From Rhina ancylostomus (lineage: Eukaryota), in assembly GCA_030265395.1 (NCBI GenBank), contig JARFYF010000063.1, positions 84,753,294 through 84,817,293 of the forward strand: a stretch of DNA of 64,000 nucleotides, in the 5' to 3' direction. The translations under genes were made by a program, and so were the position numbers. Positions 48,483 to 61,045 of this stretch are shown here, one piece after another. The notes below the pieces were generated by a model. It was not told the DNA's origin, ran no database searches, and saw nothing but the letters and a program-made list of their open reading frames with translations. Position 1 is the first letter of the stretch; each line of letters opens with the position of its first letter.

Positions 48483-50191
48483 TATTAAATGTTTGTTGGT
48501 CTTCTCTGAAGTGTCTGTGTAATAAGTTGCAATGAAAATAAGATGCAAAAATTGTACAATTGGGTAACTTTGTTTCAGTAGAGGGCATGCTAGTGGAATG
48601 TGCAGGGGAGTTCATTTCAAAATCGCAGACGATTAGCAACAAGTTTTCTTACCACTTCCGAATTCTAAAGTTACTTTGAGAGTTATTTGACAGTTCTTTC
48701 AGACCTCTCTCATTATCTTTCTGCTTCGCTTCCTGTTTTCCTCCAAAATACAGTGGAGTACTTTCTCTCATGAGAGATACTGAATAAATATAAATTTCCC
48801 CCAGAATTACATTTTCAAGTACTCTACAATTCTGAATAACAAAAGCGAAACTATATTTAATTTCCGTTCTTTATTTTGTCTTCTTCTGTTATTTTCCTTC
48901 TTCCCTGAAAGTGGGGTCACTTAGCTAGGGATTTCCATGAGCATCATTTCCCTCCTGGTGATGGCTAAATGAGCATTCTTTGTGTATAACCCCACACTGT
49001 GTGCATCTCCTATTGTGGCTTCAGGGTAGAGCCCACTTCTGTTTATGCCTGATATTTGTGGATTCCCCTTATGGTTCTTTCTGCATGATAAGTTACTTGA
49101 TCAAGAGATGAGGAAAGTTAATGACTCCAAGCCTTCAGCCAAAACTGCTACTGCATCAGCCGGTTGAAGCAGTGCAAGAAATAGGGGATTATTACCCTGT
49201 CTTCATTCCCCCACAAAAGCAATCTCTTTCAAGCACCTGCCCACTTGTCATATATTGAGAACTTTAATACATGTTATTGGATTTGTATCTTATTTGTATA
49301 CCTATAATTTTTATCTCCTTTGGTCAATACAAAGGAAACTGACAGTATTTTAGATCAAGGTGGGCCGAGAGTGTCCAATTGGGTGCCTGTAAGCAGCTCA
49401 CTGGTGCCAATAGCAAGTTATTGTTGCATCAGCTGCTGTTCTTAGGTCAGACGGCAGATTGATGGAACCGTTGCTTTTTGTGGGCTGGTGCTGGCTGCCA
49501 GAGGAATGACTCCTTTGATCCTATGTTTATCTCGAGTCATGTTATTCAAGTTTCTTTAAGGCAGAACACTAGTAGAGGTTCTCTTTAGTGCTTGAGCAGA
49601 AATTTCAGATCTGTTAATTGAGCGGCATATTTGTCATTGTTTCTTTTAATCTTTTTTAGAAAGAATAAAATCTTGTGTTTAATGTGTGTTTTTAAGAACA
49701 GACTAAACCACAATGATGTGTTTGCTATTACTCTGAGCTTAGTCAGAGAATTTTTAAATCAACCCTGTTGAGCTATAGTTGTAGATGTGGCCAGCTATCT
49801 TTCAGAGAAGCAAAAGTAAGCTGAACTACCTATCGTTATGACAAGCCTTCTCCAGATGGATTATCTCTCTTAACTTCTCTTGTGCTATCATTCTTCTTAA
49901 TGTACTCTCTTTTATTCTAAAGATAGTCATATAATCTGGTATGAAAAATCAGTTTGCTGATTAACGTCCAAGGCAACAGTGCGTTCTGGAGCATTCATCA
50001 GATGATCCTATGCATTTTCATGATTAAAAATCCACCCAGATTCCCACTGATGGTGGCCATTGGTCTATACATCTGAGCTTTGTGACTAAGTGACTTCAGC
50101 AGAACAATTGATCACATCGCCCATTTACACTGGCATAAGACCTATGCCAAATTCAGCATTAGACCTCATCTGCTTTCAGTCAGTGAGCCAA

Positions 50192-50219
50192 GGGTGGGGG
50201 TGGGGGGGGGGGTGGGGGG
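50192..50219 (+). repeat. G-rich tract with G-quadruplex potential
   Basis: GGG-T-G5-T-G11-T-G6. Confidence 0.8.
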
Positions 50220-53200
50220 AGTCCAGTCAGATGTATGTAAGCAGCTCACTCGTGCCATCCGCATGAGTTATTATGACATCAGCAGCTGCTCTCAGGTCAA
50301 ACCAGGGAGTAGTGGAGGCAGTGGGAGCTGATGCTGGCTGCCAGAGAAACGACTGATGCTGACCCAAGTGAAAATGACATGGTCACCCATAGCAAAGTGA
50401 TAACACCACTGAGCCTCTAGAAGAATAATAGTAATTTTCAAAATTAAAAGTGTCAGTAATTCAGCATCTTTACTAGCCAGTTCTCCCTGGGTGATGTTTG
50501 CTTATTATCTGATCTTTTGTATATAATCCTGTGTATTATAGAATATTATTTGTTTTTCTGATCTTAATTCCCTAAACATGGATGTGGTAGTTATTGGTTG
50601 AACATTTAAGGTAAATGTTAGTTGAGTAGTTAAAAATAATTTTCCTCCCTATAAAAGATCCTCCTTGGTTAAATTGGAACAGGTCAAATCTGTTACCCAC
50701 CAGTGAGTAATACTGAGAACACCTTGTTGGTAAAAGTGATTAAAAATACACACCCAACATCTCTAGCAATGTGAAGAGCACTGAGATGGGTAGTTTCTGA
50801 GTTTGCAGGGATAATTGGCAGCCATTTTTAAATTCCCTTTCCTTCCAAGCCTTTGTATCTTCCATTTCTGAACACTACATTGAGTGGATAAAGGATCTCT
50901 TCCTAGCCCTACTTAAATTGACCCTACAGATTTAATTAGATTGTTTATTCTGTTTGGTGATGCTTATGTATGCATTTTTACAGCTTACCTTGACTAAATT
51001 TTGAATTCATTATACAGGGTGAGCAGACTGGACTTACAGGTCATTTCTGGTGTGATAGATTTACTCAAGGAACTGAATGTGTCTGCACTTTGCAGAACAG
51101 GACAATATGCTGGAAGGGGAAAGGTGGGATGGATGGCAGAGGAGGAGGACAGTCAGCAAGACCATATCTGCTCTCAAGAGTAGGTAGATACTAATTCCTT
51201 TACTCCAGCTAGATGTGAACCAGTGCTTGAATAATCTCTGCTGTCTGACCTGCTAAGTATTTCCTGTATTTCCTGTTTTTATTTCAGATTTTCAGCACCT
51301 TCAGTGTTTTGATCTTCATCATTAATCTTTGCTTCACAAAAGATGTCATGAATAAAATCTGCCAACTATTACAACCATAAATGCAAGTTGAAAGCAGAGC
51401 AAGGACAGCATTGCATGTGATTGTCAAGATCAGTGTGGCTCTTGCTTTCTATAAATTAGATCCTTTTGGCCTGGCTTTGGAGATGTTTGCTGTTTGCAGA
51501 CTGCTGTATGAAGGAGGTTATTGAGGCAATCTTTTTAAAGGAAATAGATTTGTCTCATTTGCTCTTAAAAGTATATAAGCAGGAGGAGTAAACACAGTTT
51601 TTGCACTGATTGGAGGCTTCCCTATGTGATAAAAGATATCCCCTCATATCATGGTTCATAACTTTGATCAGGGACATGAACAGGATGTCCATAATGAAAG
51701 CCATCCTACCTTGAGTAACACAGAGCACACCAATTCAAGCAACACTTCCACCACCTGGACTGCTCTGGAGGATCACTTGCAGTATTCATTGTCAGCATGT
51801 TGTGGTAGTAAGCTGCACACTTCACAATCTGGCTATTTACAGGAATCATTCTTGCAAACTGAGGGTGAGAAACAAGTAGAAAAAGATGAGGTGTAATAGG
51901 AAGTAGAGAAAAGGAAAGGAGGCTACAAAATGTACTGTCTCTGCTGAATTTTCATGATCAGATTGTTCATCAGCAATTCAAGGTCAGCTACACTTCCCAT
52001 TTATGAATCGTCTCACTTTCTTTGCCTTTCCTTTATTACTACTGATTATGTGTCTGCCAATATGAAAAGCACCTTAAAATGTACATTCAAACCTAATGGT
52101 ATAAATCTATTCAAAGTGAAATTAATCACTATTTTGCATTTCTTTACTGCCTATCTTCCGGGTTACTTTATCCATCTTAGTTGCTGCTATGCAGTGCTTT
52201 CCCAGAGGCTGAAGACTGAGTGGTGAAGACAGCTGACCTTCAGTTGAGAGTACAGATTACTTGGGAGGACAGGGCTTAGAGACCTCCACTTTTTTTGTAT
52301 TGGATGGATCAGTTTTGGGTACTGGTTAATTGTAACAGTAATGCCACTGGTATGGTGGCAAGAATGGAAGCAGGAACAGTGCCAACCTGAGAGAGGACTA
52401 CAAGTTTCTGTTTTATGAAACAAACAATGCCACTGTTCTGGTATAACATCTTAGCAGTCCTGCTGATCAATTGTAAGACTGGTTTTTGGACTGCTGTAAT
52501 AGAGTCGTACAGCACAGAAATGGGCCCTTCAGTCCACCATGTCCATTACCAACCATCATGTACCCATCTATGCCTCCTGGAAATTTCTTTGAGCAATGAA
52601 TTCCAAGCCACAATGGCAACAATACAAGATTCTGGCGCATTAATGTGACCTTTGGAAGCTGCCTGTATCATATATATTAAAAAAAAGATGCAACATCACC
52701 CATTAGGCACTGCATCATGGTGGGTTCTACCAGTGTAATGATGGAGCTGACCACCTGCTCCATGTTGTAAATGATCAGCTCGAATCTGAAGAAAACTCTG
52801 CTTCTCGTGTTGCCTTTTATTTTGTGCCATCACCTTCTGCAAGAGGGAGATATGCCAATGTATCCTACAATAAGTTTGTTGATGTCACTGTTATGAGTGA
52901 ATAACTGGGTGTGTGCATGAACTATAAGTTAAAGCCATGTGAATTGAAGAGTTGAGAACTGAACAAATGAGATTTCTGATGTGTGTACAGTGGGAGTGTA
53001 ATAAATAAAGCAGTGTACGAGGCCAGCATTGAAGTTGGTAGAATTTGAAGAATGAACTTGCTCCTCTTAATGACTTGAGTCAGATTGTTGAACTATTCCC
53101 TGTACTGCATCTGTTTTCCTGGTGCTACATTCCTGGCATTGACCTCCGTCACTGCCTTCTGAGCATTTGTCTTGAGGACCTTTTGCTGCCCACAGATACA

Positions 53201-54578
53201 GAAACCCTTTCTATGTCTCAGAGAAGAAATTCCAATGCATCATTAAATAACATTGGCACATAAAATCTTCGAGGCTCAGCCATCTTGAAAGAAAATCAAA
53301 ATCAATTATCATACAGAATTGCTTCAAGTGGCCATTTTTAAGCAGCATTGACTAATCATGATTTTAGAATGTCCAATTGATGCATTCATTAAGTGAACAA
53401 TGCAAGCATGGCTAGTTGCATGCAGTAATCATTGAAATCAGTGGGTAATACATATTTAATATTCTGCCTGTAGTGCAATGAAAGATTGCAGGTTATTCAG
53501 ACAGTTTGGTCCCCACACCTGTTTTCACATCTTATCTAATTTTTAGTTCCATCATAATTCAGCAGTTTAAAAATAACCAGTGCTAGTTGCTGCGTTTAGT
53601 ATATTAAGTAACAATGGCTGTTACCATTGCAAAGACCATCTGAGTAGGAGGGTGTAAGGTCATGCTCTTTGTCTGCTTTTTTTTCCTTGACACAGTACAC
53701 TGAAATTGAAACCCATGCAAAAGGGTGTGCTTGGATCTGGGAATCTATTTTAGGTTATTATATTAAGCAACTTTCCCTTTCAAATAAAATATAATTTTAA
53801 TTTCCTACTGAAAATTTACTATTATTTAATTTTAAAATATTTCTCTTCCTGCCATCTACAGAAATGTGTACTGAAAACAGCAGTGATGAGTTAAAGATTC
53901 CTTTTCCACATTTATTTTAAAGTTGAGAAGTTGCTGCAGTTTATAGTTAGGTGTGCAATAGAGTGTGTTCCATCATATTGTAGTAACATTTCACTATTAG
54001 CATTAAATAACTTTTTTTGCTGCGTCAAATCTGAAATTTACCAATTAAAGCTGTGACAAGTCTTGGCTTGCTTTGCATGAACATTGAACTTCACACCCAG
54101 ACATCGTACACTTCCATTAGTGCAGAATAACTTTCGCTTTATGTGCTGTCGGTAGATTTTCCTCATCTTCCAGCTCTTTGGAATGTGGCTTCTTTCCACA
54201 GCACTTCAAAAGGATTATTATTTAGTTTATAGCCTTTCGTAGTTCTTTGCCACTCCATGATTTTTCCTTGCAAGTTCAGCTAGAAATATCTGAAATGAAA
54301 GTTACTTAAAAGCTGCTAATATATTCTTTATGTAAACCAAACTTTTGCTTTAAACTGTGAGACTACTGTTATTAGATGTCTTGTCAAAGATCTGGACTGT
54401 TCTACAAAGAATATTGGTTTCTGTGTTTTGTATTTTTAAATTAGCTTTAGTATTTTCTTGGAATGTTTTTAGACATTTTATAAGATGAATGCAGAACTAC
54501 CTGTTCAATTTTGTACTTGTTGTATTGCCAATAAATCAGTTGCTTTGCCCATTTGCAAGTTATGACTGCTTACCTTTG

Positions 54579-55252
54579 TGGTCCAGAATTTGCTGTCAGC
54601 CATAAGGCTTATGGTGCTTTCTGTTGAAGGGGTAAAATAATCCCCATGTAAGATCTTGTACCCTCTGGGCTGAGAGCTTAGAATTTGCCAAAGCTACTGC
54701 AATGTCAGGTGTCTGTCAGTTCAGTGGGAATTCCTGATGCCTAGCAACTGATATCGACAACCTGCATAGCCGATTACATTAACTAATTTTCACAGACTGG
54801 AAGCAGTTTTCTTATTAACTTTTTAAGCTTTATAAAGAGCACCAATTAAAGTCTGCAACATGCATATAAAATGTAGAGGTTGAAAACTTAAACTTTTTAT
54901 AAGTTATTTTAAAATCCCTGGTACTTGAAAATGAGTAAGAAATAAAACTACAGATAAAATATAGTTCTCTCAGAGTCAGTTAATTTGCCAGACAACAAAT
55001 GTCAGTAAAAGCTTCAGCATTCACAATGGGACTAGTTAGCTTAAAAAGCTTAAATTCGCATTGGTTCCAGCTAGTTTAAGTTGCTTCCTTAGGGGAAGAT
55101 TGCAAACAGTGCAGCTTGTTAAGGGTCTTTGGATCTGTGACAGCAGCTTTAGTATTTCTGTATTAAAACACAAAATCTGCTGACTGTTGATGAAGTATTG
55201 ATGGCAAAAACCAGAAGCTTTGTACTTTAATGCTCGTGCAAAATCTGGGCCA
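54579..55252. mobile_element. Putative non-autonomous TIR element (Harbinger-like MITE)
   Basis: TGGTCCAGAATTTGC (54579-54593) and GCAAAATCTGGGCCA (55238-55252) match 13/15 as inverted repeats; no clear TSD. Confidence 0.4.
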
Positions 55253-57199
55253 ATGTGGCATTTTCATTTATTAATACATTTGGGGTAAACTCTAGAATCT
55301 TGTTTTTGACTAGAAAAGTACTAGTAGAGTTTGTCGGTCAAGTTCTTTCCTCAGTTTTAGTTACCTTAATGTGATTATTCTACTCCCATCTGAAACAATT
55401 TTAACATGTTATTGCAAAAGAGGTGTTTGCTAGAATTCAAGAGGTTGATTAAGAGATTTCGAATGAATTTATGTTGCCACATCGGACAGATGGAACAAAT
55501 GAAACCAATGCTGGTGAATGTCTTTAATTATTGCTCTTTATTTTATTCAGTCTTCGTTTTCATTGGAAATAAATCTTTTTTGAGAAGTGTACAGCTATGG
55601 ATTTGGCATGATTACAAACAATGTTGTAAAAATATGTGAAATATCACTGGAAAATTGATATAATAGAGGTTTTGTGATGGAGGATTATATGGTCTAAAAA
55701 TAGATGCTGACCACCTAATTGTGAGATCTAATATTTAGCACATTGCCATATTTTTATCATAGGAAGTAAAAATAGAAGGTTAAGCAGAACAGTACATTCC
55801 TTTTGATCAACAGACATCTGTGTCTATCATTGTGCTGTTTTTTTTCTTAAAGTTGCTTAATTGATGCTTAGGGGAAGGATTACTATAACAACTAAAATGT
55901 TTGTAAAGCCATTTCTGGTGTAGTATTTGAAAGAGTTGCAGAGATTCTAATTTCATTTATGCATTCACTATTCTAAACAGAGTCTGATTAAGCTTGAGGA
56001 AGATCACAAGATATACATCCCTATTAGTTCAATGATTGCTTGGATTTGCATTCTATGTCATGTCCTTTGACTTTCCTTGCAACAGCTTCCCTTTGTGGCT
56101 CATTTCCAGCCTGAAGGAGTTTACATAATTCCTTCAGTAGAATTTTCAGCAGTTCCCACAGTGTCAAGGGCTGACTCATACTTCAGGCTTTTAATTGAAC
56201 AATTCTGCATCTATTTTGTGTGTTTGTTTCATGTTTTGTTTTGTTTTAAAACTACTCTGGGGAATTGGGAGAGAGAAACACTTATGACCTACCCAAACTG
56301 TGATCACTTGTTTTAAGAACGCTGATGGTGTTAACCCTTTCAGAACCATAAAATTGTCACAGGATTTCTCATTTATAACTTATTCTAGAATTGCTAAGAA
56401 TGAAGCAACATGCCATACTTTTCTTTAAATTATAAAATTTAGAATTGAAGGAAACCTCACTTTCACTTCATTTGAAAAAAAGTTTTAAAAGTTGAGTGCA
56501 TGAAATTTACAATTACTGTTTTCATTTGAGTGGGAAGAGATCTAATAAACATTTTGAGTTAGTGGGTTGTTGAATGTTGACAGTTTCCCCTGTCTTATGT
56601 AGAAAAATGATGGACTAAATAGTGTAGCTAGTATTGTAGTATAATATCCTGTGAGCCATCGCATAATGCGCAGTGAGGGATTTTGGATGTGAAATGGGTA
56701 TCGGAAAGGCAGGTCACTTGTTATACTAGGTGCGATTGGGAGCCAAAAGGACAAATGTGAACAGACTTCTGCTTCAGATCCTATTGGATGTTACATTGAT
56801 GAAGCCATTAGTAACTGCTGTACATCAGAAATATGCTGTCTATGTTCATTAGAATTTCAGATAGTAAAATTTGGCACCAGCACTGCCATTTTAGAGCTCA
56901 ACTTTCCTGACAATGTCTTCCCTTAACTTGGATGGTGGAACATATTTTAAGCAGCAATAAAGACTTATCCCTACTTCCACCAGACCTCTTCCCTTCCACC
57001 CCAACACCCCATCCACCTCACTTAGAACAGTACAAGCATCACAATGGCATTCACTGTTAAAGTTGCCTTGACATGGTTTGATTCTTTCCAGGTTAGAGCT
57101 GGACATATTTCTAGAATCTCATTATTTAGATCAGGATTGTTTAAGGAAGATATCAGGGGCTCTCTGAGGATGATTAATTGTATTTCATTCACTCACCAA

Positions 57200-57340
57200 A
57201 GCCCAATAGAAAGAGAACTTGAGCTTCCCAATGATGCAGTTTTCCATTTAGAACATGCATATTACTTTTCCAGTGATGCATGTCAACTGCTGTGCACCAG
57301 AGTCGAAAGGGATTCCACTCCCTCAACATTCAGCCAAAGG
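57200..57340 (+). mobile_element. PIF/Harbinger transposase remnant
   Basis: 57301-57333 encodes SRKGFHSLNIQ, matching the NRKGxHSxNVQ motif of HARBI1/Harbinger DDE transposases. Confidence 0.7.
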
Positions 57341-58029
57341 CAGGGAATTGTGTAAGTGAGGTGACTGGCAGTTACCTGTACAGTCCTCTAGCTTTGGTTG
57401 CACACCAGCTGAATGTTGAGGGAGTGGAATCCCCTTGGTTCTTGTACACAAGAGACTCAATGCGTAGCTCTTGAAAAGCAGCGTGTGTGTAGTTATCATG
57501 CCATTGTTCTACAGCAGTTTATTGTGCCATCTGCACTTGAATAGGCCCAGGGTGCCAGTACTCAGGAGGGCATGGCTTTAAGGTTATGGGTGGGANNNNN
57601 NNNNNNNNNNNNNNNNNNNNNNNNNNNNNNNNNNNNNNNNNNNNNNNNNNNNNNNNNNNNNNNNNNNNNNNNNNNNNNNNNNNNNNNNNNNNNNNNNNNN
57701 NNNNNNNNNNNNNNNNNNNNNNNNNNNNNNNNNNNNNNNNNNNNNNNNNNNNNNNNNNNNNNNNNNNNNNNNNNNNNNNNNNNNNNNNNNNNNNNNNNNN
57801 NNNNNNNNNNNNNNNNNNNNNNNNNNNNNNNNNNNNNNNNNNAAGCAGGAGCATGAAGAAGAGGTAGAGCAGGTGCTGAGCTATCTTTCTGCCTTTCTAA
57901 CCCAGAGGTGTGTGTGAAAAGCCACTTGAAGTAATACTATTAATTATAAACCTAACTCCCTATTTATTCACAATGAAAAAGTAAAATTCACCACAAAATA
58001 AATATTCCTAATCAAACTTCACAAGATCG

Positions 58030-58390
58030 CAAAACAAAGGAACAGAAGTAGGCCATTTGGCCCAATAAGTCTGCTCCGCCTCTTCACCATGAGCTAAACT
58101 ATTCTCCCATCTAGCCCCAATTCCCAGCCTATCCCCATGTCCCTTGATACCCTGACTAAATTAGATACCTATCAATCTCCACTTTAACAGCCCCAATGAT
58201 CGGGCCTCCACAGCTGTACATGGCAACAAATTCCATAAGTCCACAACCCTCTGGCTAAAGAAATTTCTCTACAGCTCTGTTCTAAATGGGTGCCCTCTAA
58301 TTCTAAGACTATGCCCTCTTGTCCTGGACTCACCCACCATGGGAAACAACTTAGCCACATCTACTCTGTCCAGTCCTTTCAACATTTGAA
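58030..58390 (-). mobile_element. CR1-type LINE 3' fragment
   Basis: Peptide LKGLDRVDVAKLFPMVGESRTRGHSLRIRGHPFRTEL plus 3'UTR. Confidence 0.9.
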
Positions 58391-58724
58391 ATTTAAGAAT
58401 GAAATCATGCAATTTTGCTTTCAAACATAGACTACATCCTATAGGGCAGGCCTCTAGTTTTGGCATTATCATCGGTGCTGCTACATAGTATATAGTGCTA
58501 TCCTAGCAGCTGCAGCATTTCTAGTGCAAGTTCATTGACTATTAGTAGAGGAGTTTATGGATGTCATTGGCCTTGGAGGATGAGCTCCAGCAATTCTAGC
58601 CTAGCAGGCCTTGTTTCAGTCTGCACCGCCTTGGAGTGGGCAGCAGCAGCATAGGCTGGCCATTGAGCTGGCTGTTAGACCAACAGGAATCAGCAAGAAC
58701 AAAGTAGTTGAGATGTGATCTTGT

Positions 58725-58835
58725 GGTTCTCAGAGCTTGACTGCTGGCATTGAACTCCACAGCTAACTCCTCACACTGCCTTTTCAATCGTGTGTATGGA
58801 AGGCCTCCTGTTGACACGGGACATCGCTCCTCATG
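58725..58835 (-). mobile_element. Harbinger Myb/SANT-like accessory protein remnant
   Basis: Peptide LKRQCEELAVEFNASSQALRT resembles the W-EEIA-E-NA-S-RT motif of NAIF1/MSANTD-type domains. Confidence 0.45.
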
Positions 58836-60395
58836 TTCTCTACTTCTCCCTTGGGCTTGTGTGGCCTCGGGAAACTTGCTCTAACTTGGGTTCAGTTATT
58901 CTTCATTAGTCCCCCGTCTTGATTAATTTCCTGTACAATTGCTGGTACCTGCTGCACCTGTGATACACTTTCCCTTTAAGAGATGCATGCTAAGTTTAGC
59001 TGATGCTGGCAAATTATAATTTTCAACTTCCTGGTGAAGTCAACTGTTCATGCTGACTGCATTGTAGAAACCATTGATAATGAGCGTGAAGCTGGCATGT
59101 TGCCTGCATTGCAATCAATGGACATTGGTTAATAGCATCTAGTGATCTGAATGCCTGTTCTCAAGTATCCAGTCTCTATACCTCAGTATCTTGTTGGTTC
59201 ATTGCCTATACATGGCCCAATCACACATTATATTGTTGATATCACACAGGTCCTAATAAGTTGTTAGATATTTCCTTAATGATGGAGTAAGGAGGTGGCC
59301 TTCTGTGGAGGTCGATAGTACTTGAAGTCACTGTGCTGAGGTGACTCTGACGTCTTAACACTAAGATGTGTTCTATTATACGAGCCAAAACTGTTTTGGA
59401 TGTGCTCAACAGACATATATATTTAATGTTTTCCTGCCGGAATCCCACATGAATGAAGTCAGTTGATTTGATTCACTTCTGAGTGGACCTAGTTTGGCAG
59501 CACTAAAGTTGTTCGTTGTTGTTGGTTGATTGTTCATCTAGTGACTCTCTCTTTCCGAGAGCATATACAGGATGCTGCTATTAGATTGGCACTGAGACAG
59601 AGTTGATATACCTAACCATGTCTCACCCACATTTTAGTATGTTTATTCAACATAAACAGCAATTGTGGGTGAAATTTGAGAAAACTGCATTGAAAGCAAA
59701 AGCAGTTGTTCTTATTGAGATGCATTATTGTACCATTAAAAATAATTTTATTGAATGTTTTTAATCTGTTTCCAGCAATAAATTTGAGTTAAATTCTTTG
59801 AAGATAATGGAAATGTGAACATTGGAATCAGCTGGATTTTTGTAGTGCATCAGCTGGAGCTGTGGTGTGGCATACAGCCAAATAAAACTGATTTAGTAGA
59901 GTACAGCCAGTGTACTACATCTGATGCCAACACTCAAGATTTAATTATTTTAACANNNNNNNNNNNNNNNNNNNNNNNNNNNNNNNNNNNNNNNNNNNNN
60001 NNNNNNNNNNNNNNNNNNNNNNNNNNNNNNNNNNNNNNNNNNNNNNNNNNNNNNNATTTAATTATTTTAACAAAAATAGGACAATGTAACAAATATGTGG
60101 ATGGAATATACCCCACTTAAGCCATCACATCCAATTGCACATTGCAGGAGCAGTTCAATTTTTGTTTGTCTTCAGTTTGACCATCCTTTTTCTGGATAAA
60201 ATCCCCATAATGTGATCTTGACATACCTGACCTGGAAGTGCAAAACGTTGACTGTGGGGACCTCGTGGAAAGTGCTTCATTTCCTTGATGGTGCTATGGT
60301 ACATAGCACAGTGTGATAAAGAATTGTTTTATAGAAGTTTGCCTACTTTATATCAGTTTGCGTATTTTTAATGCAACGCCTTGTTTCTTTAATAG

Positions 60396-60502
60396 AGTTC
60401 CAAGCATGGAGCTTCAGAATACTTTACTGGTGAATCAGAAATGAAAGAGCCTTGCAATGTCTCTACCTCAATTCAAAAGAAGAAAGAAACTTTGAAGCAA
60501 AT
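60396..60502 (+). CDS. SLX4IP: SLX4IP coding exon: SSKHGASEYFTGESEMKEPCNVSTSIQKKKETLKQ(I)
   Basis: ttgtttctttaatag acceptor, AT|GTATGT donor; 107 nt, phase 0-2; HGASEYF resembles human HGVSDYF, and LKQI resembles LKEI. Confidence 0.9.
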
Positions 60503-60939
60503 GTATGTATTACCATGTGATTGGGTGAGAATTGTTCCCTGACTATAAAATAACAAGCCTAACAATCTGGTCCTTTACTAAAAAGAAATGTTAATTTATG
60601 CAGTTGTTGAAGTGGAGCATTAAGCTTTTTAAGAATCTGTGCAGATAAACCAGCATTTTCTGGTCATTTCTATATTGCAAGATTAAATAAAATTAAGAAA
60701 ACAACCCAGCTAAATTCCATTCATTTGAAAGTACTGTTTTGCTAATTCTCATTAGAGGTCTACTTTAATCTTCCTTGACAAATATATCAGGCCTCACATT
60801 TATGTTTTTGATCAATAGTTATTGCACTTCTATTTTCCTTCCTGATACCAATCATGGAGCAAATTTTTTCTGTTTACTCTTTTGCTTTCTTTCAATAAGT
60901 GTATATTGAGCTGTAACTTTTTAATGCAAGTATTTTTGG

Positions 60940-61045
60940 ACTATTTATTTATTTTGTAATTTATAGGAATTTTATGTCTTTGCACTGTATTGCTACTGCA
61001 ATACAACAAATTTAACAACAGTCAGTGATAATAATCCTGATTCTG
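60940..61045 (+). mobile_element. Rex1/Babar-like LINE 3' tail (different subfamily)
   Basis: ttgcactgtattgctactgcaatacaacaaattt...gtcagtgataataatcctgattctg. Confidence 0.5.
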
